Shown: positions 1 to 11,880 of the stretch, piece by piece
How positions within the stretch are numbered: the first letter of the stretch is position 1
Layout of the letters: every line of letters begins with the position of its first letter
Source of the DNA: Jimgerdemannia flammicorona
Taxonomy: Eukaryota
Assembly (NCBI GenBank): GCA_003990765.1
Contig: RBNJ01000228.1
Coordinates: 1-36,156 of the forward strand
Direction of reading: 5' to 3'
Length of the DNA stretch: 36,156 bases
Notes under the pieces: generated by a model
What the model saw: only the letters and a program-made list of their open reading frames with translations
Databases searched by the model: none
What the model was told of the DNA's origin: nothing
Position numbers and translations under genes: made by a program

Positions 1-624
1 ACTGTGAACTGACTCAGCAGTCAGATGATCTCTTGACATGTCAGATCACACTTGTACTACGTGACTGCATTCCGACTCAGCAAAGCACTTAGTGCTACAT
101 CCATATTCAGCATAGTCCAGATAGCCCCTCACTAGTATAAATACCCCCTCCCCCAGACCTCAGAATCTCAGACTCGAACAATCCGAACACAACTCCTGAG
201 CACTTCTCCACAATACTCCTTCACACAAATACTCCTAGTATAGCAATATCATGAATAGCGAATAAACCTATTTCATAACCCACAAACCACTCTTAAGTAA
301 ATCCGCTCTCTGTTAGGTCCTACTCCTAACCCTATCACAAAATTTCCTAATTGGGTATTGTCTGCAGCGATACACCGATTCAACTAAGCTGGTCTTAGTT
401 TCTTGAACTTCCTGAAATACGGAAAATCCTGAACATCCAGAACTAGTCCAGAAAAAGACTTTGGTTGAGACGTCAACCCAATCTTGCAATCAATAAGCGT
501 AGAGGACGTACTCCATACGAAATTGATCTTGACCATAAGAAAACGGTCTTCCAGAATATCCAGAACCTCGGGAAAACCCTTCTAGAACTACGTAACTGTC
601 ACCCTAAAAAGTAACCCTCTTACA
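1..624 (+). mobile_element. 3' part of an LTR of the Ty3/gypsy family at 25454-36111 (3' LTR or solo LTR, cut by the window edge)
   Basis: Colinear with ~35480-36111; ends ...AACCCTCTTACA at 624; no PBS follows (next bases AGATC); retains more CpGs than the other copies. Confidence 0.95.
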
Positions 625-646
625 AGATCAAAAAAAAGCACAACAC

Positions 647-2343
647 TTACTGTTCCTCATTGCACCGCATTCCAAATTCAAATAAAGCATCTTCTATTAC
701 TTTTCCTGTCGATAGTCGCCATTTTTGGTTATCCAGCATATCTCTGAAAACCTTTGCGAAAGCATCCAGATTTGTTCGTGCTGGCTTCGCAGGTAATCCC
801 GATGTCATAATTTCCTGACGTAGCTCCCTCTCTTTCTTTTCCTTAACAACAGCCTCGCATGGGGACATACTGCCATCGCCGGAATCAAGCACTTCAGTCT
901 CATCTATTTCCTCGTCTCTCAGCTAATATTAAGGATAGAAAATGAAAGAATTTGTAGTGAGTTTGAGTTGCGTCAAATTTCTGAGTTTGAGAATCATCAT
1001 TCACCTTCTTAGTCGATATAGACATGTTGGTCTGGTGGTAATCATCAAGGCTGCGCTTATTGAAACGGTATTGTTTCGTTTCTTTTACCTGTAAGCATAA
1101 ATATCAATAATTTGGTCCCGCAAAGGCTAAATCCAAAGAATTAGCAACAAAGGATTGCAAGCAGAACAAAAACTGTTACCAACCGTGCTTTCGATTTGCC
1201 CTTTCGATGATGATGACGACCTGGTATACAGATCTCTGATATTTTTGATTTGTGATTTCCCTGCAGTGCCCACCAGGTCGAGACTCCCATTATCAAATAT
1301 GTCCTTGGTTAATAACTATTACACATAAAACATTATGTAAATTTGCAAGTTTTCGAGAGTCTGAGCATGCATGTGCAGCAGCTATTGCAAACCTGATTCC
1401 GGTGAAGAATTATTGACGACCAGAAATTTTCCAAGTATTTTGTGTCTTTGAACTCGATTTTGGCCTGTCAAGGAAGGTATAAAGCAGTAAGTGCTCGCGA
1501 TAGGCAATATCACCGTTCATATACCCTGAGTAGGTAGAAAGTGGGTCGCGTATAGGGGGACTGTCACTCTCATCGGGATTTACCTTCCAAAGAGCTGTCC
1601 CACACTACCACTCGGGCTGAGATCTTCTCTCATCACTCTCATCGGGATTTACCTTCCAAAGAGCTACCCTTCCACTGAGAAAAATTTTTTTTTTTTCAAC
1701 ACTCACCTTTTTTACCACGTAATCTCCCAAATGTGTTATCTCTTGTAAAAAGCGTTGCCCCCATGTATTTTGATTAGCGTACCAAGTTTTAGAAAATGGT
1801 GGGTTCGCGCTGATAACGTCTCGGTTGGCATTTAGAAATGCGAAATAGGAGACATCCTCCCAACGAGTACTGGCCAAATAATCGCAAAGAGCTGCCAAGT
1901 GAAAGGTAATTAATACCTCACGCAACTGACGTACCTGAACCCAAAAGAGACCGATAAATTACCAGAATGGCCTAAGTATTTCTCCGTGTTGGACATGGAG
2001 GGTGATAACTCGTCCTCTGCCGGGGCCATACCACTTCGCTGGTATTTGGCGGTGGTTTTCTATTATGACGAGATCAGTTTAATTCCAACATAAATACATT
2101 CGGAGAGTAGGGAGTTTGATAGAATGGATCGGTTTATTTATTACAAAAACAAGAAAACAAGAATACTGCTATACCTCGTCTACGTCCTCCGATGCTTCCG
2201 AGTCGTCCTCCTCGGCGTTACGCGCCGCCGCGAGCACTGTTTTTAAAGTAAAAGAGCTGTAAGACCAGCCAGTTTACTATCGTTCGAAATATATTACCTT
2301 CATAGCCGGGATAAGGGGAAGACAGCCCACCGAGTGTCGACAT
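647..2343 (-). CDS. 5' part of a multi-exon hypothetical fungal gene; the downstream part lies beyond the LTR and window edge
   Basis: ATG at 2343; GT-AG spliced frame MSTLGGLSSPYPGYE/VLAAARNAEEDDSEASEDVDE; exons ALCDYLASTRWEDVSYFAFLNANRD...WGQRFL (~1710-1890) and KWRLSTGKVIEDALFEFGMRCNEEQ (650-920) followed by donor GTAAGT; CpG-rich like the host genes. Function unassigned, internal exon structure not fully resolved. Confidence 0.65.
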
Positions 2344-2535
2344 TATGGAGGAGGGAGGAGAGAAGGGAATGTTTTGATCAACGCCCTATATACATATACG
2401 TTGCGCGTCAGTGGCTTGGCTTACACTGTGACGTAATGCCCCGTGAAAGTTACCACTTCTCTGAGATCATCTTTATCAACTAGTTTACGTTATGGGACAT
2501 GCGTATGTAGGATTATCCCTATATAAAATATCAAT

Positions 2536-2868
2536 ATGAAACTAGTTTACATTAAATCCACTATGGAACCGAAAAATTATAGTACCATCAGAAGCATTTT
2601 GAAACAAGAGCAAGGTGAGAAAATTGCTCCATATGTTTTCAAAGTATCCAGCACTAGAGTTATTCAAGAATATTTGGATAAAGAGAAAATTACCTATGAA
2701 ATTTACCAACAATTATATGTCAATTCTAATAATTCTAATAGAAACATAAATATTACTTACTAAGAAGATATTTCCAGATGAAGTCAGTAGGAATTAAATT
2801 TTAAGAAATAAGAATTACTAAAAATATTCCAAGAGTTTAAGAAAAAAAGACAAATCTCTAAAGAGTAG
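2536..2868 (+). pseudogene. Decayed AT-rich intronless ORF, MRE-like hypothetical protein
   Basis: 75-aa ORF continues in frame past C>T-type stops and a TGA: ...NITY*EDISR(TGA)SQ*ELNFKK*ELLKIFQEFKKKRQISKE*; K/E/I/N-rich. Confidence 0.45.
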
Positions 2869-4508
2869 AATATTATAGATATCATATATAGGGGTATTCT
2901 TATATATATTCTTTAATATGCTCTATGGAAGAAATTTTACAAACTGTATATAATATATATATATTAGATGTCATAATTATGAATAAATATGAGAAAGCTC
3001 TCTATTTCCTAGAAGTGGGATATGGTTGCGGTTGCTCAACTAAGACACCAAAAGAAAAATTTGCTGAATTGTAAGAAGACTTTCAAGCGTTAACAAAATC
3101 TGAATAAGACATTTTCTTAATAGCTCAACTCAAATCTATGGATGGAAGAGTGATAAGTACTAGTTAGTATTTTAAGAACAAAACTTGGATCAATAAAAGA
3201 ACTGTCTACTGCTGAAATCATAGCACTCTGATTTGCCAAAAAACTTACCTCAATATGCTTGATATTGGTTATAATTATTTTGAAAATATTCAAAATCATT
3301 TGTTAAAGAATAGTCTTCTATCATAAGTCTATAGTAATATAAAAAGAATGTCATAGTGAAAAACCAGAATGGGTATCGATATTTATTATGGCTACTGTAA
3401 TCAAGAATTTTTTGCTAAATTATGTCAAAATTTATAGCCTACCTAGCTCAGTCAGAAATATTAATCATATGACCCAATCAATTATCTTTCTACTGATAGA
3501 AATAAGCTATAAGTCTGTTCACTAGGATTTTTTAGCCAGTCTGGAGAATAATAGTAAATTGCATAACCTCAAGTATGATGCATTCTGCAAATTATAATAC
3601 CAGTTAACCCTGTATATTCAAATTATGAGTCTGAGAACTAATTTATATGATACTTACCAGTATTTGTAAAATGACTTACAGTTTAAAGCTCATAAAGAAG
3701 AAGAGGCCTAAGATTTATTAAAGAAATATAAAGAACATTTAGCCAAAGCCAAGTTAGAACAAAATTATTATAACAGAAATACTAAGTTGATAGAAGAATA
3801 AAAGAAACTTATCAACCAAAATCAATCTATACTGAAAGGTAAGGCATCATATTGTAGTATTGAAGCCACCTCTCATTATAGCTCTAACTGAGCTCAAAAT
3901 GTTCATATTCCTCATTTCGATCAACAAATTGATAAAGTATATTATTTTAGTACTCATAAAGTGCATTTGTTTGATATTCAAGATGAAGCAGTATAGGAGC
4001 AAATTAATTATATACTAGATGAGAATGAACTGCTTGGAAAAAGTCCAAATGGCACCCTTAGTCTAGTCTTCAATGAAATTAAGCAATTAAATAAAGGTGA
4101 GAAACATTTGAAAGTTATCTGTGATAATACAGGTGGACAAAACAAAAATAATACTACTCTTTAGTTTTACCTATACCTGGTAATTGCTAGTTATTATGAA
4201 AGTATTGAATTGAACTTCATGGTTCCAGGTCATACCAAGTTCAAGTGCAATGGTAGCTTTGGTCTAATTAAAAGACTTTATCATAATACTATGGTAGATT
4301 GTATAGATCATATGGTAGAGGTGGTAAAGAAGTCCAATATTATTGAGCTAAACAAAGCTCAGCATTATAATGGTAATAGAGGATTTCAATATTATGATAT
4401 CATAAGCAGTCTAGAAACTTATTTCAAAAAGTTGCCTAGTTTATAAAAGTTTCAGCATTTTCTTTTCACTAGTACTAATCCTAGGGTGATCAAAGCCCAA
4501 AGAGTCAC

Positions 4509-6583
4509 TATAAGCATACAATCTCCAAACTGCAGAAATCACATGTCATCCTCTGAATAAGCTATTGAAATCACACATGACCTCTAAACAAATCTGAAAA
4601 TCACCTGCTTGATCATGAAGCTGAGTCAAACTAAAGTCACAGCATACAAAGATGAGTCAACATGAAGTCACAGAATATAAGATTTACACAAATAGAATCT
4701 TACCAATCAGGACCAAATATATATATACCAAGTACTGAGATGCATTGAAATAGAGAACCAAAACAAACAACAACTATAACTTCCAAACATACACAAATAT
4801 GACCACTGAGATCTACAACCACATCTGCACTGACATTTGGAATGTCATTGTCAATCAAGCCACACCCCCTCTACCTCTCATGAATATCCATAGTCTAGTA
4901 CCCCTCTACTTTGTGAAAGCCTGATGAAATGCTCTGAACATACTTAGCGAGGTCCACCAAATCAGACAAATCTCAAGCTACTACTAGATCAGCTACCTCC
5001 TAGAAGACATAGTCGAACACTACTATGATACAGACATTATCCAGATGTCCCAACACCAGAAACTTATTGTCTGTAAATATCAAGAACTCTTTTATGAGTA
5101 CAGTATCTTTATTCCTTGCCTCTGAGTTACTACCAGCAAAATGGTTGCTACTCTATCCTATGGCCAAATCAATGACATGATATAAGAACTCAACCATAAG
5201 TACCTCGAATATGTTCAGACCATAGACAGAACCTTCCCACACCCCAATGACCATATTCTGCAAATGCCTCAAGTCAGATATACCATGAAGGATGTCTATG
5301 ATATAATCTGATTTGATGAAGATGAAGCAGAAGACAATGATCCCTCTGATGCCAACATGATCTCAAGCCAAGGATCTCTGCCAACTCTGATCATACCACC
5401 AACCTTACTAATAAACTTACAACAGTTCATAACTACATATGAGACTTATTGGGACAATGACCACTGGCACAAATACTAACCTGTATTTACTTCTGATTAT
5501 TTCAACTATAATGAAGAGACCAGAGAATACAACCTGTACCTTCAGACAACTCTCGAGATTAAACCAACCACTCTGCTACCCAAGTATGAGTGATATGAAC
5601 TATAGCTGCCAGCTTACTACAACTCTACAACTCATAGTGCTGTAATCTATAGAAGGTATGCAGATAGCGAATCTGATGAAAGTGAAGATAATGCACCCCT
5701 TCTTCACCCACCAATACCTTATCCAGCATATGAAACAGATAATTCTATCCTGTAGGATAGTGACGAAGTCCCAATATATTATTATCTCAGCAAACAAGGA
5801 GAAGTAATCCATGAACCACTCTTCCTAGATGACTACTTTATTAGAGATGATACCATTGATAGTGATGTCATCAAAGACTACCCAGATAGTGTCTAAATCT
5901 ATAGATAGCCTAACAGTCATAGTATAGTTAGATTAGCCTTATATGATGTGACTGTAAACTGACTCAGCAGTCAGATGATCTCTTGATATATCAGATTACA
6001 CTTGTACTATGTGACTATATTCCGACTCAGCAAAGTACTAAGTACTACATCCATATTTAGTATAGCTCAGATAGTCCCTCACTAGTATAAATACCTCCTC
6101 CCCCAGACCTCAGAATCTCAGACTTGAAATAGACTCAAACATGCAAGAACATTCCTAAACACTTTCCCACAATATCCCTTTACACAACTACTCCTAGTAT
6201 AGTAATATCATGAATAGTGAATAAACCTATTTGATAACCCACAAACTACTCTTAAGTAAATCCACTCTCTATTAGGTCCCACTCCTAACCCTGTCATGAA
6301 ATTTCCTAATTAGGTATTGTCTACAGTGATACACTGATTCAACTAAGCTGGTCTTAGTTTCTTGAACTTTCTGAAATATAGAAAATCCTGAATATCCAGA
6401 ACTAGTTCAAAAAAGGACTTTGGTTGAGACATTAACCTGATCTTGAAATCAATAAGTATAGAGGATGTACTCCATATGAAATTAATCTTGACCTTAAGAA
6501 AATGGTCTTCTAGAATACTCAGAACTTCCAGAAAACTCTTCCAGAACTATGTAATGGTTACTCTAAAAAGCAACCCTCTTATA
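4509..6583 (+). mobile_element. Solo LTR A (2075 bp), Ty3/gypsy
   Basis: Full-length match to 25454-27526; TG...CA termini decayed to TA...TA; 5-bp TSD GTCAC (4504-4508) / GTCAT (6584-6588). Confidence 0.95.
4799..5896 (+). pseudogene. LTR (U3)-encoded ORF, copy in solo LTR A
   Basis: 1098 nt from ATG (MTTEIY) to TAA, same length as the other copies, with many C>T stops. Confidence 0.7.
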
Positions 6584-7729
6584 GTCATAAATAGTCTTTT
6601 CCAGGAATTCAAGTTACTGAAGTGTAAGAGGGTTGCCTTTTAGGGTAACCGTTATATAGTTTTGGAAGGGTTTTCTGGAAGTTCTGGATATTTTGGAAGA
6701 CTGTTTTCTTATGGTCAAGATCAATTTCATATGGAGTACATTTTTTATACTTATTGATTTCAAAATCAGATTGATGTCTCAACCAAAGTCCTTTTTTGGA
6801 CTAGTTCTAGATGTTCAGGATTTTCCATATTTCAGGAAGTTTAAGAAACTAAGGCCAGCTTAGTTAAATTAGCATATCACTGCAGATAATACTCAATTAG
6901 GAAATTTCGTAATGGGGTTAGAAGTGGGACCTAACAGGGAGCAGATTTACTTAAAAGTGGTTTATGGGTTATTAAATAGGTTTATTCGCTATTCATGATA
7001 TTGCTATACTAGAAGTAGTTGTATAAAGGGATATTGTGGGGAAGTGCTCAGAAGTTATATTTGAATTGTTCAAGTCTGGTCAAGTCTGAGATTCTGAGGT
7101 CTGGGAGAGGGGGTATTTATACTAGTGAGAGGCTATCTGGGCTATACTAGATATGGATATAGCACTAAGTACTTTGCTGAGTCAGAATGCAGTCATGTAG
7201 TATAAGTGTGATCTGACATGTCAAGAGATCGTCTAACTGCTGAGTTAGTTCACAGTCACATCATACAAGGCTAATCTAACTATACTATGACTGCTAGGCT
7301 ATTTATAAGTTTAGACGCTATCTGAGTAGTCTTCAATGATATCATCATTGATAACATCATCCCTGATGAAGTAGTTGTCTAGGAAGAGTGGTTTGCGGAT
7401 TACTTCTCCTTGTTGGCTGAGGTAGTAATACATTGGAACTTCGTCTCTATCTCACAGAATAGCATCATCTGTCTCATATGCTAGATAAGGTGTTGGTGGG
7501 CGAAGAAGGGGTATATTGTCTTTCATCAGATTCACTGTCTGTATACCTTCTATAGGTTACAGCACTATGAGTTGCGGGGTTGTAGTAAGCTGGCAGCTGT
7601 GGTTCATGTTGCTCATACTTAGGTGGTGGAGTTGTTGGTTCGATTTTAAGGATTGTCTGAAGGTACAGGTTGTGTTCTCTGGTCTCTTCATTGTAGTTGA
7701 AGTAATCAGGGGTTAGTGCTCCAAATGAG

Positions 7730-8020
7730 TCAATTCGAATCAAATCTAGATTCAATTTGTCACATAATAGTTTGATCTGAATCTCAAATTCGAAGCCATC
7801 TGAATCAACTCAGATTAATCTGAATCACCCCATCCAAATCACCCTATCTGAATCACCCATCCGAACCACCCCAATCCGAATCACTCAATCCGAATCACTC
7901 AATCTGAATCACTCAATTCGAATCCTCCAATTCGAATCCTCCAATTCGAATCCTCCAATTCGAATCCTTCAATCCGAATCCTCATCCAAATTCTTCAACT
8001 GAATCCTCTAATCCAAATCC
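7730..8020 (+). repeat. Left subterminal short-repeat array of the hAT element (~14-bp units such as CGAATCCTCCAATT / CGAATCACTCAATC)
   Basis: Tandem GAATC-containing units directly visible; typical hAT transposase-binding region. Confidence 0.85.
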
Positions 8021-8199
8021 TCTATATGACTCATATGTCGGATGTGTCTACAATACAATACACACACATACACAATACATATACATACATACACATATAC
8101 ATACACATGCAAACACACAAATATATATGTCGACAGATCAGTCTTCAATAGTTCACAGTACCGATGATGCTTTAAGTCAAACATCTCTGATAGTTCTAC

Positions 8200-10724
8200 A
8201 CCTTTCACACAATTCTTGCTCCAAAATCTGGCAACATTGTGCTAAGATAGGAGATGATGTTGTTTGTAATTATTATAGGTAAAAAATTAAGACACACCTA
8301 TTGACACTTTTTGTTTGTTTTGACATACACATGATATTGTTTCATCTACTACTAGTCAGAAGTTCAAAATACTTGTGGATATGACTTCGAACATGAATCG
8401 ATATATAAAAGACAAGTACTCTGACAAAATCAAAAAGAATATGAAGACAAATAAAATCGACATCCAAGCTGTGGTGGGTACATTTATCTGATTGCCCAAC
8501 CATTTCTGTACCAACAATGCCATTTAATCAAAATATTTAGTCATACTCTTTGGCAGAATTTCAAAATTGGCTCATTCGCTGGATTGTGTACACAGACCAG
8601 CCATTCACAACCATCAAGAGTGATCAATTACATAGCATCTTTGGCCTCCTCAAGTATGATTTATATTTGCCAAGTACTGATACTATTCGCAAAGATGTCC
8701 TGGAGGCCTATAGGAAGAAGCATGACAATCTCCACCAGACACTTCAGGTAAAATAAGAGCAGCATTATGACCTTTGTAAGCTGAATTATATAAGAGCTCA
8801 CCAATTTAACCTCATATTCAATAAGTAGAATTTGGCAGGCAAAATTTTGTTTACAATCGACACATAGACATCCCCCAATGCAATTTCGTTTCTGGGCATT
8901 ACTGGTCATTAGATTGACCTCGATTGGTAGCTTAAATCTCTCACCCTTAACTTTGTCAAACTTGCTGGCCCTCATTCTGGAGACAACATCATAGATACTT
9001 TTATTAGTTGTATCTGAGAGCTTGGGATCACCACCAAGGTAAAAAAGAGGGGCTTGCCATTAGGTCAGCATTTTGAGGGAGGTCCTAAACCAAACCAGAT
9101 TTTATTGGTTATTTATTTTCACATAAATTTGCCAACCGAATATTTCAAGTACAGATTTTGGCCATTACAACAGACAATGCCACAAATAACTCAACATTTT
9201 TCAAAGTTTTAGTGGTCAGCCTCAAACAGGAAAACATGGCCTTCAGTGCAGAAAGCTGCTGTGTGCGATGCCAGGCCCATGTACTGAACCTCGCTGTTCA
9301 GGACTATCTTATGCACATAGACAAAACATCTGAGAGAAGAGGGGCCCTGAGTATAATTTTCAAGCTGCACAACCTGGTTGTATCAGTCTGATCATCCCCA
9401 CAATGACGAGACAAATTCGCTGCACAGTATAGAGCAATCAGTTTAGCCCTGAAAGAGCTTATATTGGATGTCTATATGTATTGGAACTTAACATTTGTAA
9501 TGATCCAGCATGTGCTGGAGTTTGTTGTGATATATATCCTTTTTTTCTTCAGTCAGCTGAAGCAACTTGTTTCAGATGATTGAAGATTTATTTAAAAAAA
9601 AAAACAAAAAACAAAAAAAGCCAATAGATTCAACAGTGGCTACTGATAAGGAAATACAGGCCGAGGCTCTAGGTGAAAGTGAGTGGGACGTACTTAGGAA
9701 TATTATCAGAGTTTTGGAAGTAAGTGGTGACTGCTCTGGCTCTACACTCATTTTGTCTGCCTCCGCATAATGCAATATCTCACCACATGTAACTGTCAGT
9801 GTTTCGATGATTGTATGAAGGATATAGTCAAACAAATAACTCTGACAATAAGCTTGGCAATACCAGTATACAACCTTCTGATTGACTGGCTAGAGGACAA
9901 GCTTGAGGACAGGCTGGAGGGTTGTGGTGATTTTTGGTTGAGCCCAAATCAGAGAGACACCATGGAGGTTGCTCTTAGCAAGCTCAGAAAGTACTACTCC
10001 CAAACAGATACTGTCATATATTCAATCAGTACAGGTATGTTGATGTCAGCATGTGGTCATTGCCCCTTCCAAAACAGAGAAACCCCCATAAAAACACACT
10101 CTCTCCTCTCCTTCAAACAGTGCTGGACCTACGCTTAAAGCTACAATACCATAAAGATTAGGGCTAGGAGCAGTACTTCATTGAGAGAACCAAGCAGGCC
10201 ATAATCGAAGTGTACCAGAAAAACTATGCACCACCACAAGGTTTCAGCCAAAGTCTGGATGAATATGCTGAGGGATCCCTCCTGTCCTACATTTACTTCA
10301 GCAGAAAGAGGAAGAGGGAGCTGTCAGTGGAAGAGCTGCTGTCAATAGACAAACTTACCATTTACCTTGCCAGCAACTGCATGATCCTACTGGAGGGTGC
10401 AGAGATACTCAACTGGTGGAAGGTGGGTTGTCAGGTAGGTGTTGGGCCAATTTAACCCACCAATCTAACCACCGCTCTAACCACTGCTCTACCCACCACT
10501 CTATCCACTGCTCTACTCACCAGGGTGTGTAGCTACATCAAACAGACTTCTCCAGCCTGTGTGGTATGGCTTGGGACTACTTGGTGATTCCTGCCTCCAG
10601 TGCTCCTATCAAGTGAGTGTTCTTAGGTGGGGTGGACCTCATTGCCCCAAAGAGGTATGTGCTGAATGCTGAGACAATCTGGATGTATATGTATCTGAAG
10701 TCTTGGTGGGGCTTGGGCCACTAA
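8200..10724 (+). pseudogene. hAT transposase pseudogene (intron-containing)
   Basis: BED-finger-like SKIWQHC...VVCNY; WIVYTDQPFTTIKS...LPSTDTIR; ITTDNATNN; VRCQAHVLNLAVQ; decayed LILDV..WN; C-terminal dimerization region LNWWK...DYLVIPASSAPIK*VF...LKSW; internal stops. Start approximate. Confidence 0.92.
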
Positions 10725-10829
10725 AATTTGGTAGGTCCTGGGGGTTCACGGATAAGTTGGTTAGCCTTGTGGAGTATTTAATATCTTTCAAAAATAATAA
10801 AAGGTAAAAAACCCTGAAGACTCAGCCTG

Positions 10830-11500
10830 GAGTTTGCGGCCCAAGTGGGCAGCGGTTGGCAGAGTTGGTGGTGGCGGTAGAGGGAGTACGCAATGTTTGC
10901 GGCCCTCCGCCAGCTGCAAGGGGCAGCCCCAAGCTGTTAGTGCCTGGATTAATGGGCGGGTCAGTGGGCAGGTCAGTGGGTGGGTCGGTGGAGGGAGTGC
11001 ACAAAATTTGCGGCCCTTTGCTAGTAGCAAGGGGCAGCCCCAAGCCACAAGTGTCCTGGTCAGGGGGATTGGCAGAGGGAGCATGCAAAACTTGCAGCTC
11101 TCTGTCAGTAGCAAGGGGCAGCCCCAAGCTATCAGCACTCAGGTCAGTGGGTGGGGTCGGTCGGCAGGGTTGGTGGGCACAGGGTCAGTAGAGAGAGTGT
11201 GCAAAATTTACGGCCCTCTGCCAGTAGCAAGGGGCAGCCCCAAGCCGCAAGTATCTGGGATGGGTGGAGCAGGTGGAGGGAGCATACAAAATTTGTAGCC
11301 CTCCACCAGCAGCGAGGGGTAGCCCCAAGCTGTCAGCACCTGGGTCAGGGGCAGGTGCGGGTTGGCAAGAAAGTGTGCAAAATTTGCGGTCCTCCACCGG
11401 TAGCAAGGGGCAGCCCCAAGCTGCAAGTGTCCAGGACGGGTAGGGCAGGTAGAGGGAGCATGCAAAATTTGCGGCCCTCTACCAGCGGCATAGGGGCAGC
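10830..11500. repeat. GC-rich tandem array, ~7 copies of a ~45-bp core (GCAAAATTTGCGGCCCTCYRCCAGYAGCAAGGGGCAGCCCCAAGC) with alternating spacer types
   Basis: Cores near 10889, 11000, 11084, 11201, 11286, 11377 and 11462; the overlapping six-frame ORFs here are repeat artefacts. Confidence 0.9.
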
Positions 11501-11516
11501 TAAGGAGTCTGGGGCA

Positions 11517-11596
11517 GAGAGTGCTTCTGGTGGCCGGAGGGTGCTTCTGGCAGCTGGAGAGTGCTTCTAGTGGTCGGAGGGCGTTTCTGGTGGTCA
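11517..11596. repeat. 20-bp tandem repeat x4 (GAGRGTGCTTCTGGTGGYCG)
   Basis: Directly visible with period 20. Confidence 0.85.
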
Positions 11597-11773
11597 AGGT
11601 CTGCCACAGATTTAGGCCCTATCGCTGGTTCGAGTTTGGGTCCCATGGGTACCCTGGCCCTATGCCACAGTACCGCACTGGCAGCACCGCAGAGTAGGGC
11701 CAAGGGGCCGGTAGGGCCCTACATAACAGCTAAGCTAGTGCTACAGAAGAGGCACCTGGCCCAACCCCCTACA

Positions 11774-11866
11774 TAAGACTGCCCAATCTGTACAAAATGA
11801 CTGCCTAACTCTCATGAAAGACTGCCTAACCCTCACGAAAGATTGCCTAACCCTTACAAAAACTGC
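11774..11866. repeat. ~21-22-bp tandem repeat x4-5 (AAGACTGCCTAACCCTCACGA-like) just downstream of the cargo gene stop
   Basis: Directly visible. Confidence 0.75.
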
Positions 11867-11880
11867 TCCACCCGCTGGTC

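Noticed and set aside
10830..11500. Repeat-spacer pattern resembling a CRISPR array
   Set aside because: Spacers are homologous to each other (alternating A/B) and variable in length, repeats are degenerate, there are no cas genes, and the context is a eukaryotic transposon.
10788..11776. Many overlapping 70-150 aa ORFs on both strands
   Set aside because: Expected from stop-poor GC-rich tandem repeats; no consistent frame or motif.
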